Positions 1-11,326 of a stretch of DNA of 64,000 nt are shown piece by piece. Position numbers and translations under genes: made by a program. The stretch's first letter is position 1, and every line of letters begins with the position of its first letter. Origin of the DNA: Leucoraja ocellata. Its lineage: Eukaryota. Under the pieces are notes generated by a model. The model worked only from the letters and a program-made list of their open reading frames with translations, made no database searches and was not told the origin of the DNA. The stretch covers positions 558,001-622,000 of the forward strand of contig JAWMAR010000242.1 of assembly GCA_036785375.1 (NCBI GenBank), in the 5' to 3' direction.

Positions 1-159
1 TACAGTATAAAGTATGGAGACGTAAGGCCTAATGTTACATAGAATTGTGCTTCAGAACATGGTACTATAGTTATTTTATTATTTTAATTTAGTGATTCAA
101 AATATCATATGAATAAATACAGCCCATAAACAATGACATTGTCTATTATAGTAGATATA

Positions 160-480
160 GGGGCGGCACAGTGGCATATAGGGCGACAGGCTGGTACAGT
201 GGTAGAGCTGCTGCCTTACAGCACCATAGACCAAGATTTGATCCTGACTGGAGGCTGTGTATGTCCCTTCTCCATGTGACCGCGTGTGTTTTCTCTGGGT
301 GCCCCGGTTTCCTCCCACACTCCAAAGATGTATAGGTCTATTAATTGGCTTTGGAAACGAATGTAGATTGTCCCTAGTGTGTTGGATAGTGCTAGTGTAT
401 GGGCACCACTGGTCGGCGTGGGCGCGGAGGTCCGAAGGGCTTGTTTCCACGCTGTGTCTCCAAACTAAACACAACTAAAT
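160..480 (+). mobile_element. tRNA-derived V-SINE (HE1-like); paralogous copies at 15583-15875 and 23161-24775, other copies ~39075-39330 (+) and ~60290-60735 (-)
   Basis: GGGCGGCACAGTGG… head, conserved core GGTTTCCTCCCACACTCCAAAGA, CR1-like tail with (CTAAA)n. Confidence 0.75.
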
Positions 481-649
481 ATGAGGAAAGAAAATACAAT
501 GCACTGTGAAAAGAGCGGTCCTTGTTCCCCATGATCATTATTTTCTTTTTGTGTCCAGTGAGTTTAATTAATATGGAGGCTGGGTCTAACATGGTTTATG
601 CGGGGCAAAGACAAGCTTAGATAATACAAGAAGTTGGACAATATACCAT

Positions 650-1300
650 CGTTTTTATTATTTTTAGTGTGTTTTGAAATTTGTGCTAATGTTCTCTGGT
701 TTGTTTTATGTGGGGGGTGAGGGAGGGGATCGGAGGAAAGTTTTGTTCCTTGCCGGAGATGCGATTGTTTTCCGGATCGTATCTCCGGTCGCTCTGCGGC
801 CTAACATCATGGAGCTGGCGGCCTTGCTCAGGACTGACTTTGAGCCCCACCGCTGGGCGTGGACTTACATCAAAGCTGATTCCTTGCCTGGGATCGACGC
901 TCCAACCGCGGCCTATGGACTTTAACATCAAAGACCTCGCAATCTCGGGACGACCGACGTCGGGAAGCTCCAACGATACAGAAGGTTTGACCAGCCTCGA
1001 CCCGGGGGTCAGATCGCCCGGCGCGGGGAGCTGAGATCCCCCCGATGCAGGAGCTTGATCTCCCTCACGCGGAGGGACCGCCGCCGGCTACGGGAGTCAA
1101 GATCAACGGAAGCTCGAGGCCCCCGACCGCGGGAGAACAAAGAAGGGACGAGATTGTGGAGGAGTCACTGTGGTGGATGTTCATGTTAAAATGTATTTTG
1201 TGTGTTCTGTTGCTTTTTATTGGTATGACTGGATGGCAAATCAAATTCCTCGTATGTTGCAAAACATACTTGGCTAATAAAGTATAATTATGATTATGAT
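650..1300 (+). mobile_element. GC-rich non-autonomous retroelement with a Rex1-type 3' tail (copies 16045-16705, 24945-25600)
   Basis: Ends …GTATGTTGCAAAACATACTTGGCTAATAAAGT + (ATGATT)n; no coding capacity. Confidence 0.55.
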
Positions 1301-1514
1301 ATTGTGAGTAAATAAACAACATGATATAAACGCGTAAAATGCATGTTGCCTCTGATTGTGGTGAATACAGAAAACAGACTAAATATATATGCACGTGCAG
1401 AGATTTATTGAATATTGGCTGTAACGGGACCTTAGGAAGGCAATGTTTGTGCCGAACATTAAGCCCAATTAAACTGATCTGCCTGTCCTGATCCATATCC
1501 TTGTACTCCATTGT

Positions 1515-2170
1515 ATCATTTTCGCCACCTCCAACAGGATCCCACTACTAGCCACATCTTCCCATCTCCACCCCTTTCTGCTTTCAACAGAGACAGCTCC
1601 CATCGCAAATCCTTGACCAACTCCTCCCTTCCCACCCAAGCCATCCAGGTACTTTACCCTGCAACACCTGTCCCTATACCTCCCCATCAACTCCATCCAA
1701 GGACCCCAACAGTTTTGTCAGGTGAGGCAGAGTTTCACTCACCTCCTTCAACCTCATCTACTGTATCCGCTGTTCCAGGTGTGGATTCTTGTATATCGGC
1801 GAGACTAAGCGTAGGTTCGGCGATCATTTTGTAGAACATCTCCGCTCAGTCCGCCTAAACTTACTTGATCTCCCGGATGCTCAGCACTTTAACTCACCCT
1901 CCCATACCCACACTGAAGTTTCTGTCCTGGGCCTCCTCCATTGTCAGTGCAAATTGGAGGAACAGTACTTCATATGTTGCTTGGACAGCTTACACCCCAG
2001 CGGTATGAACATTGACTTCTCTAACATCAAGCAGCTTTTGCTTTTCCTCTCTGGCCATTCCCTTCCCCTTCCCAGTTCTCCCACCGGTCTTGCTGGCTCC
2101 AACTACATTTTAACTCTGTACCGCCCACTCCCCTGACATCAGTCTGAAGAAGCCCGAAACGTCACCCATT
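1515..2170 (+). mobile_element. Penelope-like element 3' fragment (GIY-YIG endonuclease remnant + pLTR); paralogue 17155-17890
   Basis: YIGETKRRFGDHFVEHLRSVR…HFNSPSH…LHPSGMN, followed by CTGAAGA…GAAACGTC. Confidence 0.85.
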
Positions 2171-2740
2171 CCAGGCCCGTACGAAGCTTTTCAAAAAAGG
2201 GGGGTGGCATGACAGGATTACAAAAACTTAATGTGAAATAAGCGGGCCCTGGAAGCTCAGGGGTTTTAGATGCTCTCTGATGCATACTGAGCCTTATTTT
2301 GGAGCTTTTTTTTGCACCATATTTATGACCAATATTTGAGAAATTAACAGGAATCTGAGAGGTAGCTTTTTCACATAAAGGGTGCTGGGTGTATGTAACG
2401 AGCTGCCAGAGGAGGTAGTTAACGCTGGGACTATCCTAATGTTTAAGAGACATTTGGACATGTACATGGATAGGACAGATTTGGATGGATATGGGCCAAA
2501 CGCGTGTGATGGGGACTAGTTTAGATGGGACATGTTGGTCGGTGTGGGCAAGTTGGGCTGAAGGGCCTGTTTCCACACTGCATCATTCTATGACTAAAAA
2601 GTAAAGAAGAAAAATGTAGATAAGTAGAGCAGATTTGAAAGAGGAGTGAAATGTAAAGGCAGAGAGAGGTTTATGGGTGGAAAGGAACATAGGAAAGGAG
2701 GGGGGAGAGTGGGTTTGGGCAGATGGGTGAAGGGAAATTA

Positions 2741-3092
2741 GTCACAGAGTGCTGGAGTAACTCAGTGGATCAGGCAGCATCTGCAGAGAATATGAATAAG
2801 CGACGTGTCACAGAGTGCTGGAGTAACTCAGCGGGTCTGGCAGCATCTGTGGAGAACATGGGTAGGTGACATGTCACAGAGTGCTGGAGTAACTCAGCGG
2901 GTCTGGCAGCATCTCTGGAGAACATGGATAGGTGACATGTCACAGAGTGCTGGAGTAACTCAGCGGGTCTGGCAGCATCTGTGGAGAACAGGGATAGGTG
3001 ACATGTCACAGAGTGCTGGAGTAACTCAGTGGGCCAGGCAGCATCTCTGGAGAAAAGGTATGGATTATATTTCGGGTCAAGACCGTTCTTCA
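2741..3092 (-). repeat. 66-bp tandem repeat (5 copies; 4 copies in paralogue 18452-18737) derived from Penelope-type pLTR sequence
   Basis: GTCACAGAGTGCTGGAGTAACTCAG starts at 2741, 2807, 2873, 2939 and 3005. Confidence 0.88.
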
Positions 3093-3269
3093 GTAATATT
3101 CATGATGTGGCATGCATGGACATTCCTGAATGTTACCCAAACCATCGTGAGTTACTTTGTTACGGTGCTTGCCCTCTCCTATAACGACTCTACTGCCTTG
3201 GGTGATGCAGGACAGGACACAAGCTTTGGGACATGGTGTGAAGCTGTTGCCGTCTGTCCCAGCTGGTGA

Positions 3270-4510
3270 AAAACCTGGATGGCGTTGATGTGGAGAGGAT
3301 GCTTCCACTAGTGGGGAATCTATAACCAGTGGCCACAGCCTCAGAATTAAAAGACATTCCTTTAGGAAGTAGATGAGCAGGAATTTCTTAAGTCAGAGAG
3401 TTGGGAACTGTCAAATTAATTGCCACAGACAGCTGTGGAGGTCAAGTCAATGGACATTTTTCAGGAGGAGATTGATAGATTCTTGATGGCTACGGCTGTC
3501 GGAGGTAATGGGGAGAAGGCAGGAGAATGGGTTTGAGAGGGAAAGATAGATAGAGTCATGGAGTGATACAGTGTGGAAACAGCCCCTTCGGCTCAGCATG
3601 TCCCATCTACACTAGTCCCACCTGCCCACGTTTGATCCATATCCCTCCGAACCTGTCCTATCCATGTACCTGTCTAACTGTTTCTTAAATGTTGCGATAG
3701 TCCCTGCCTCCACTACCTCCTCTGGCAGCTTGTTCCATACACCTACCACCCTTTGTGTGAAAAACATACCCTACAGATTCCTATTAAATCTTTTGCCCTT
3801 CACCTTAAACTTATGTCCTCTGCTCCTCGATTCACCTACTCTGGGTAAAAGACTCAACCATATCTATTCAAATCATGATTTTATGCACCTCTATTAGATC
3901 ATCCCTCATCCTCCTGTGCTCCATGAAATAGAGTCCCAGCCTACTCAACCTCTTCCTATAGCTCTGGCCCTCTCGTCCTGGCAACATCCTCGTAAATCTT
4001 CACTGTTCTCTTTCCAGTTTGATGACATGTTTCCTATAACATGGTGCCCAGAACTGAATACAATACTCTGAATGCGGCCTCACCAACTTCTTATGCAACT
4101 GCAACATGACCTCCCAGCGTCTATACTCAGCCTGACCCGCTGAGTTACTCCAGCACTCTGTGAAACGTCACGGAACAGGGCAAGATTAGCAAGTTTGCTG
4201 ATGATACAGAAGTGAGTGGTTTTGCAGATAGTGAAGATGGTTGTGCAAGATTGCAGCAGGATCTGGATCAATTAGCCAGGTGGGCAGAGTGATGGTTGCA
4301 TGGTTCCTTGAAGGTCGTGTCGCAAGTATATCAGGTGGTAAAAAAGTATTTTGGCACTTTGGCCTTCATCAGTCAGAGTATTGAGTATAGAAGTTGGGAG
4401 GTCATGTAGCAGTTGTATAAGACGTTGGTGAGACCGCATTTAGAATATTGTGTTCAGTTCTGGGCACCATGTTATAGGAAAGATGTCAAACTGAAAAGAG
4501 TACAGAGATC
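3270..4510. mobile_element. Cluster of CR1 LINE 3' fragments on both strands
   Basis: CR1 RT C-terminal motifs ([16 protein letters not shown]) and 3'UTR. Confidence 0.8.
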
Positions 4511-5590
4511 CCCATCCTGGATCAGTCCAATCAGGGTTGTGTCACCCACAAACTTGAGAAGCTTGACATAGTTGTCTGTGGAGGTGCAGTCGTTGGTGTG
4601 GCGAGAGTAGGGGAGAGGGGAGAGTACGCATCTTGCGGTGCTCCTATGCTGAGCGTTTGTGGGTGATATGCTTTCCCGCCTCACATGCTGCTTCCTGTCT
4701 GTCAGAAAGCTGGTGATCCACCGACAGAGGGGTTCAGGCACAGTCAACTCAGAAAGTTTGGAGCGTAGTAGCTCTGGCACAATGGTGTTGAATGCAGAGC
4801 TAAAATCAAAATACAAAATCCTCGCATAGGTCCCCTGGCGGTCTAGGTGCTGGAGGATGAAGTGCAGGCCCAGATTGACTGCGTCATCTACATATCTATT
4901 GGCCCAATATGCAAAATGCAGAGTTTCCAGCAGAGGGATTGTGATATTTTTCAGCTTGGCCAGCACAAGCCTTTCAACGGTCTTCATGACTACAGAGGTC
5001 AGTGCGATTAGCCTGTAGTCATTAAGACCAGTAATCCTTACCTTTTTGGGTACAGGGACAATAGTGGAGACTTTGAAGCAAGCAGGGACAGTACATCTTT
5101 GCAGGGACTGGTTAAAAATGAGTAACTGGGTGTGAAGTGGTGATTGGAATGGGGTGGGTGTAGAAGGGCCCAGTCTTTGCAGATTGAGGTCAGGCTGTGA
5201 GTGTGTGTGTGTGTGAGATGTTGGTTGGGGTGGGAAAGAGTCCACACTTTTCATACTGGAGCCTTGCCTTAAGTAGGTGTGAAGTGGTGAATGGGAAGGA
5301 GAGGGTGCAGGGTCCATTCTTTACAGACTGGGGTCTGGCTGTGTTGTTGGGCAGGGGGTACCAGGATTACGTTTCTGACTTTCAAACCTAGAATAAAACT
5401 CATTCAGGTCATTCGTCAGCTGACGATTGTCCAAAGAGTGGGGGGGCTTTCTTCTTATATTCTTCCATGCCCTTCCAAACTGAAGAAGTCATTAGCTGAG
5501 AACTTGCTCCTCAACTTCTCAGAGTACCTTTCCTTGGCAGCTCTGATTCCTCTTCTCAGCTCTTTATCGATTAGGCTATCTTTTAACTTT
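4510..5590 (-). mobile_element. Rex1/Babar-type LINE RT fragment (paralogue 20395-21330)
   Basis: IVPVPKK…[11 protein letters not shown]…DFSSAFNTI in ORF 4472..5317. Confidence 0.85.
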
Positions 5591-5742
5591 TTAACGATTA
5601 GGCTATCGGCTTGACACATATTTGCCCCCACCCCCCGATCTCGAAATTGAAATGTTACATCTGTATATAATGATCCCATTAAAATATATATTTATGTCAC
5701 AAACTATGGAATTCATATTTTTCAATATTGTTATCAAGGAAA

Positions 5743-5967
5743 GGGGTGGCGTGGGCCAAGCGGGGGTGGCGTGGGCCCAGCAGGGGTGGCGTGGGCCCAG
5801 CGGGGGTTGCGTGGGCCCAGCGTGGGTTGCGTGGGCCCAGTGGGAATCAGCGGGGGTGGCGTGGGCCCAGCAGGGGTGGCGTGGGCCCAGCGGGGGTGGC
5901 GAGGGCCCAGTGGGCGTCAGCGGGGGTGGCGTGGGCCCAGTGGGAGTCAATGGGGGTAGCGTGGGCT
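5743..5967 (+). repeat. ~20-bp GC-rich minisatellite (CAGCGGGGGTGGCGTGGGCC)n, probably inside a decayed DNA transposon
   Basis: About 10 units visible; 3-4 units remain at 21345-21420. Confidence 0.85.
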
Positions 5968-6639
5968 GAAGGTGGCTTGTGCCCCGGCGATGGGGGGAGG
6001 CAGGGGAGCGGGCCCCACCGCAGCGGCGTCTGGTGTTGGGGTTACAGCCGCTGGGTTCAGATTCAGCCACTCCCGCCTGGCGACGTGTGAACGGAGAACT
6101 GGCCATTTCCAAAGTGGAAACGCTGATTTTTTTTTCCAATTTTTTTATCTGTTCATTTTTTCTTACTATGGGGGGAAAAGGGGGGTGCGGTCGAACCCAA
6201 CGCACCCCCCTTTCGGACGGCCATGCATTCCTTCTCACAAGAGATTCTGCCAGTCCCACTGAATTACTCCAGCATTTTGTGTCTGTCTTCCACCTATTGG
6301 ATGTTGATGTTACATGTTGTGTCCTGTTTATGCATTTTATTATTTTGTTAACCCATCTTTATGCTTTGTATGGAACTGATTTTTAAATTATGTAAAGCAC
6401 TTTGGGGTCAATGAAAATAGACTATAAATGTGCTATATAAATAAACATTATTATTATTATTATTGTTTGCCAAACTTTGCCCTGCCAAACCCAGTCTTTT
6501 CCAATTTTCTCCCCACCCCGACGGCAATTACTCAGAAGAAAGCATCCCGTTAGGACTCGTCATTTGTCCAGCCCCTCCACAGATGTTTATTGGCTCGCTG
6601 AAACGCTACATCAGTTTGTGTATTGTTTGAAAAGAGGAG

Positions 6640-7690
6640 ATTTTTGCTATTGAGGGAAACATAGAAACATAGAAAATAGGTGCAGGAGCCTTCAATTGAA
6701 GGAGCATTCGGCCCTTCGAGCCTGCACCGCCATTCAATATGATCATGGCTGATCATCCAACTCAGTATCCTGTACCTGCCTTCTCTCCATACCCCCTGAT
6801 CCCTTTAGCCACAAGGGCCACATCTAACTCCCTCTTAAATATGGCCAATGAACTGGCCTCAACTACCTTCTGTGGCAGAGAATTCCAGAGATTCACCACT
6901 CTGTGTGAAAAATGTTTTTCTCATCTCGGTCCTAAAAGATTTCCCCCTTATCCTTAAAGTGTGACCCCTTGTTCTGGACATCCCCAACATCGGGAACAAT
7001 CTTCCTGCATCTGCCTGTCCAATCCCTTAAGAATTTTGTAAGTTTCTATAAGATCCCCCCTCAATCTCCTAAATTCTAGTGAGTACAAGCCGAGTCTATC
7101 CAGTCTTTCTTCATATATCTTTCCTCAAATTAGGAGACCAACACTGTATGCAATACTCCAGGTGTGGTCTCATCAAGACCCTGTATAACTGCATGGGAGT
7201 GCAGCGCAGGTTCACGAGGTTAATTCCCGGGATGGCGGGACTGTCATATATTGAAAGAATGGAGTGACTGGGCTTGTATACTCTGGAATTTAGCAGGATG
7301 AGAGGATATCTTATTGAGACATATAAGATTATAAATGGATTGGACAGGCTAGAGGCAGGAAACATGTTCCCGATGTTGGGGGAGTCCAGAACCAGGGGGC
7401 ACAGTTTAAGAATAAGGGGTAGGCCATTTAGATTGGAGATGAGGAAAAGCTTTCTCACCCAGAGAGTTGTAACCTGTGAAATTCTCTGCTTCAAAAGTCA
7501 GTGGAGGCCAATTCTCTGGATGCTTTCAAGAAAGAGCTAGATAGAACTCTTAAAGATAGTGGAGTCAGGGGATATGGGGAGAAGGCTTGAACGGGCTACT
7601 GATTGTGGATGATCAATCATAATCACAGTGAATGGCGGTGCTGGCTCAAAGGGCCAAATGGCCTACTCCTGTACCTAATGTCTAATGTCT
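6640..7690. mobile_element. Two divergently oriented CR1 3' fragments (- 6655-7190, + 7190-7690)
   Basis: (TCTATGTT)n-type tails and CR1 RT C-terminus in ORFs 7111..7494 and 7274..7540. Confidence 0.85.
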
Positions 7691-8494
7691 ATTGTCTATT
7701 GTCAATCGAGAAACACTGCATAAAGATGCTGTCCCATCATTCGTGGTCGCTTTGCACTTCCATAATATCACGGCGGATGCCACCGAAGAATCCTCATCAC
7801 CTTTCCACTCATTCCACGTACTCCTTGCCTTATTTGATATTTTTCTCCACCAGCATCCAATTGAAATATTGTCAATATATTCATATCCATTGTTTTCGGG
7901 AATGGAGAATTCCAAAGTGCCACAACTCCTTGTCACAAATTACTCTTAATCACCGATTGCATTAGCTACCCCTTATTCTGAATCCATGCTCCTTAGTCCT
8001 GAACACCACTGTAGAAAAAATAATCTCAACAGCTAGCCCATCAACCCAGCTCAGAATATTAACAATAGTAAGGTCATCTCAAAGTCTTGAAATTTTATGC
8101 AGTGGCCTCTTTCTGTTTATCTGCCTCTCCACGTCATCTTGTCATGTAGGAATCAGCTTAGTGAACCTTGCACTACCACCCTTACAATAGTCCCAAGCAT
8201 TGTATTTCGGTATTAGAGATGTCTCCAGACATGATCTCATTAGAAACCTACAAAACGTCCCATCGTCCGTATCCTTCCTCCAGCCATCTGCCAATCGATA
8301 TCCTCACCTGCACTCTCCCAAAAGGCCTAAGCATGGTAAACGGTGCATTTATTGAAGTTATTAATATGCATTGTAAACAATTGACATATCATCACTGATC
8401 TATGCAAGTACCTCATTCAAAACAAACCAGGACATACATTCCATCTTCAAAGACTTACAACAACTTTGTCAAATACCATTCCTTTTTCTAAAAA

Positions 8495-10270
8495 TGATGA
8501 ATATTCAGTATTCAGGAGGGATAGACAGAAAGGAAAAGGAGGTGGGGTAGCGTTGCTGGTTAGAAAGGAAATTAACGCAATAGAAAGGAAGGACATTAGC
8601 TTGGAGGATGTGGTATCAATATGGATAGAGCTGCGAAACATTAAGGGGGAGAAAACGCTAGTGGGAGTTGTGTACAGGCCACCTAACAGTAGTAGTGGAG
8701 TTGGGGATGGCATCAAACAGGAAATTAGAAATGCGTGCAACAAAGGTAAAACAGTTATAATGGGTGACTTCAATCTACATATAGATTGGGTGAATCAAAT
8801 TGGCAGGGTTGCTGAGGAAGAGGATTTCTTGGAATGTATGCAGGATAGTTTTCTAAACCAACATGCAGAGGAACCAACGAGAGAGCAGGCTATTCTAGAC
8901 GGTATTGAGTAATGAGGAAGGGTTAGTTTGCAGTCTTGTTGTGCGTGGCCCCATGGGGACAGAGTGACCATAATATGGTTGAGTTCTTCATTAGGATGGA
9001 GAGTGACATTGTTAATTCAAAAACAAGGGCCCTGAACTTAAAGAAAGGTGACTTTGAGGGTATGAGACGTGAATTGGCCAAGATAGACTGGCAATTGATT
9101 CTTTAAGGGTTGAAGGTGGATATGCAATGGAAGGCATTTAAAGACTGCATGGATGAACTACAACAATTGTTCATCCCAGTTTGTCTAAAGAATAAATCAG
9201 GGAAGGTAGTGCATCCGTGGATAACAAAGGGAAATCAGGGATAGTATCAAAAGAAAAGATGAAGCATACAAATTAGCCAGAAAAAACAGTCTACCAGGGG
9301 ACTGGGAGAAATTCAGTCCAGCATAGGAGGACAAAAGGCTTAATTAGGAAAGGGGAAATAGATTATGAAAGAAAACTGGCAGGGAACATAAAAACTGACT
9401 GCAAAAGTTTTTATAGATATGTGAAGAGGAAAAGATTAGTTAAAACAAATGTAGGTTCCTTGCAGTCTGAAACAGGTGAAGGGATCATGGGGAACAAGGA
9501 CTTGGCAGACCAATTGAATAACTACTTTGGTTCTGTCTTCACTAAGGAAGACATAAATAATCCGATTAGGAAAAGGGGAGATGCAACGAGACCTGGGTGT
9601 CATGGTACACCAGTCATTGAAAGTAGGCACGCAGGTGCAGCAGGCAGTGAAGAAAGCGAATGGTATGTTAGCATTCATAGTAAAAGGATTTGAGTATAAG
9701 AGCAGGGAGGTTCTACTGCAGTTGCACAGGGTCTTGGTGAGACCACACCTGGAGTATTGCGTACAGTTTTGGTCTCCTAATCTGAGGAAAGACATTCTTG
9801 CCATAGAGAGAATACAGAGAAGGTTCACCAGACTGATTCCAGGGATGGCAGGACTTTCATATGAAGAAAGACTGGATAGACTCGGCTTGTACTTGCTAGA
9901 ATTTAGAAGTTTGAGGGGGGATCTTATAGAAACTTACAAAATTCTTAAGGGGTTGGACAGGCTAGATGCAGGAAGATTATTCCCGATGTTGGGGAAGTCC
10001 AGAACAAGAGGTCACAGTTTTAGGATAGAGATGAGAAAATCATTTTTTACAGAGAGTGGTGAATCTGGGGAATTCTCTGCCACAGAAGGTAGTTGAGGCC
10101 AGTTCATGAGCTATATTTAAGAGGGAGTTAGATGTGGCCCTTGTGACTAAAGGGATGAGGGGGTATGGAGAGATGGCAGGTATGGGATACTGAGTTGGAT
10201 GATCAGCCATGATCATAGTGAATGGCGGTGCAGGCCGAATGGCCTACTCCTGCACCTTTTTTCTATGTTA
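8495..10270 (+). mobile_element. CR1 LINE, internally deleted (APE endonuclease region joined to RT C-terminus and 3' tail)
   Basis: GGGVALLV, VVYRPP and MGDFN motifs; ORF 9581..10096. Confidence 0.9.
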
Positions 10271-11326
10271 ATCTGTTAGAAGCGCTTATGAACCCTAAGC
10301 ACCCGGATATTATCTTCTTAATCATGGCATTCAATATCTCCCCTCTGATTAGATATTTGACATTTTTCGTACTCATTTCGGGCTCTCCTCCTTCTTAATC
10401 GTAGTCACTTTTGCAGTTTTAACTCAATTAGAGTTTTTCCACAATGTTACATCATTTCTAAATGTTATTTTCTAATATATTATAATCCATACTCTCTCTT
10501 TGTCTACATCTACTTATTTCTAACGGTCACATTCAAGTCATTGGGTCCAGGTGACTTGTCGATGTCTAGCGCATTATTTTACTGCATTTTCTCTGGTGAT
10601 TCAGCGTACTTCATAAGTTCAGATATTCATGAATCATAGCAGCATAATTGTATCATTCGGCCCGTCGAGTCTACTCTGCCATTCAATCGCCGCTGACTTA
10701 TCTTTCTCTCTCGTACCCATTCTGCTGCCTTTCCGCCAAAGCCCTTGACTCCCTAACTAAACACAAATCTGCCAATCTCCACTTTAAAACAGAACCATAT
10801 AACTTGGCCTCCACGGCTGCCCATGGCAATGAATTCCACAGATTCACCGCTGACTAAATAAATTCCTCATTTCCTTTCTAAGTCTATGTACTTTTACACT
10901 GAGGCTGTGCTCTCTTGTCCTAGACTTTCCAGTGAGTGGAAACATCCTCTCCACATCAACCCTCCTCGGGCCTTTCATTCTTCAATCAGTCGCAATAAGG
11001 TCTCACCACATCCTTTTAAAGTCCAGCATGCATCGGCCTAGTGCTGTCAAACGCTCATCAAAGGTTACCCCAATCATCCCCAGGATCATTATTCTAAGCC
11101 TCATCGGATCCCTCGGATCCCTCTCCAAGTCCAGCTTTTCCCTCCTCAGATACTGTATGGGCCCAAACTCGGCTCAACATTTTCCATATCCTTGTTGGCC
11201 AATTCTACCAACCTGTCCAGTTCATCTGCAGGCTCCCTGCTTCCTCTACACTACCTGTCCCTCTACCTATGTTCATATCATGTGGTAACATGGCCACAAA
11301 GTCAAGTGCTTTGAGATTTTCTGCAT

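Noticed and set aside
160-250. tRNA-like sequence
   Set aside because: It is the tRNA-derived head of a SINE, not a foldable tRNA gene.
674-1287. Recurring 80-110 aa ORFs in three copies as a small gene family
   Set aside because: They lie within a GC-rich repeat in the segmental duplication, frameshift between copies and show no domain signal.
2741-3092. Regularly spaced repeats resembling a CRISPR array (also 60752-61103)
   Set aside because: Eukaryotic context, no unique spacers and no cas genes; these are plain tandem repeats.
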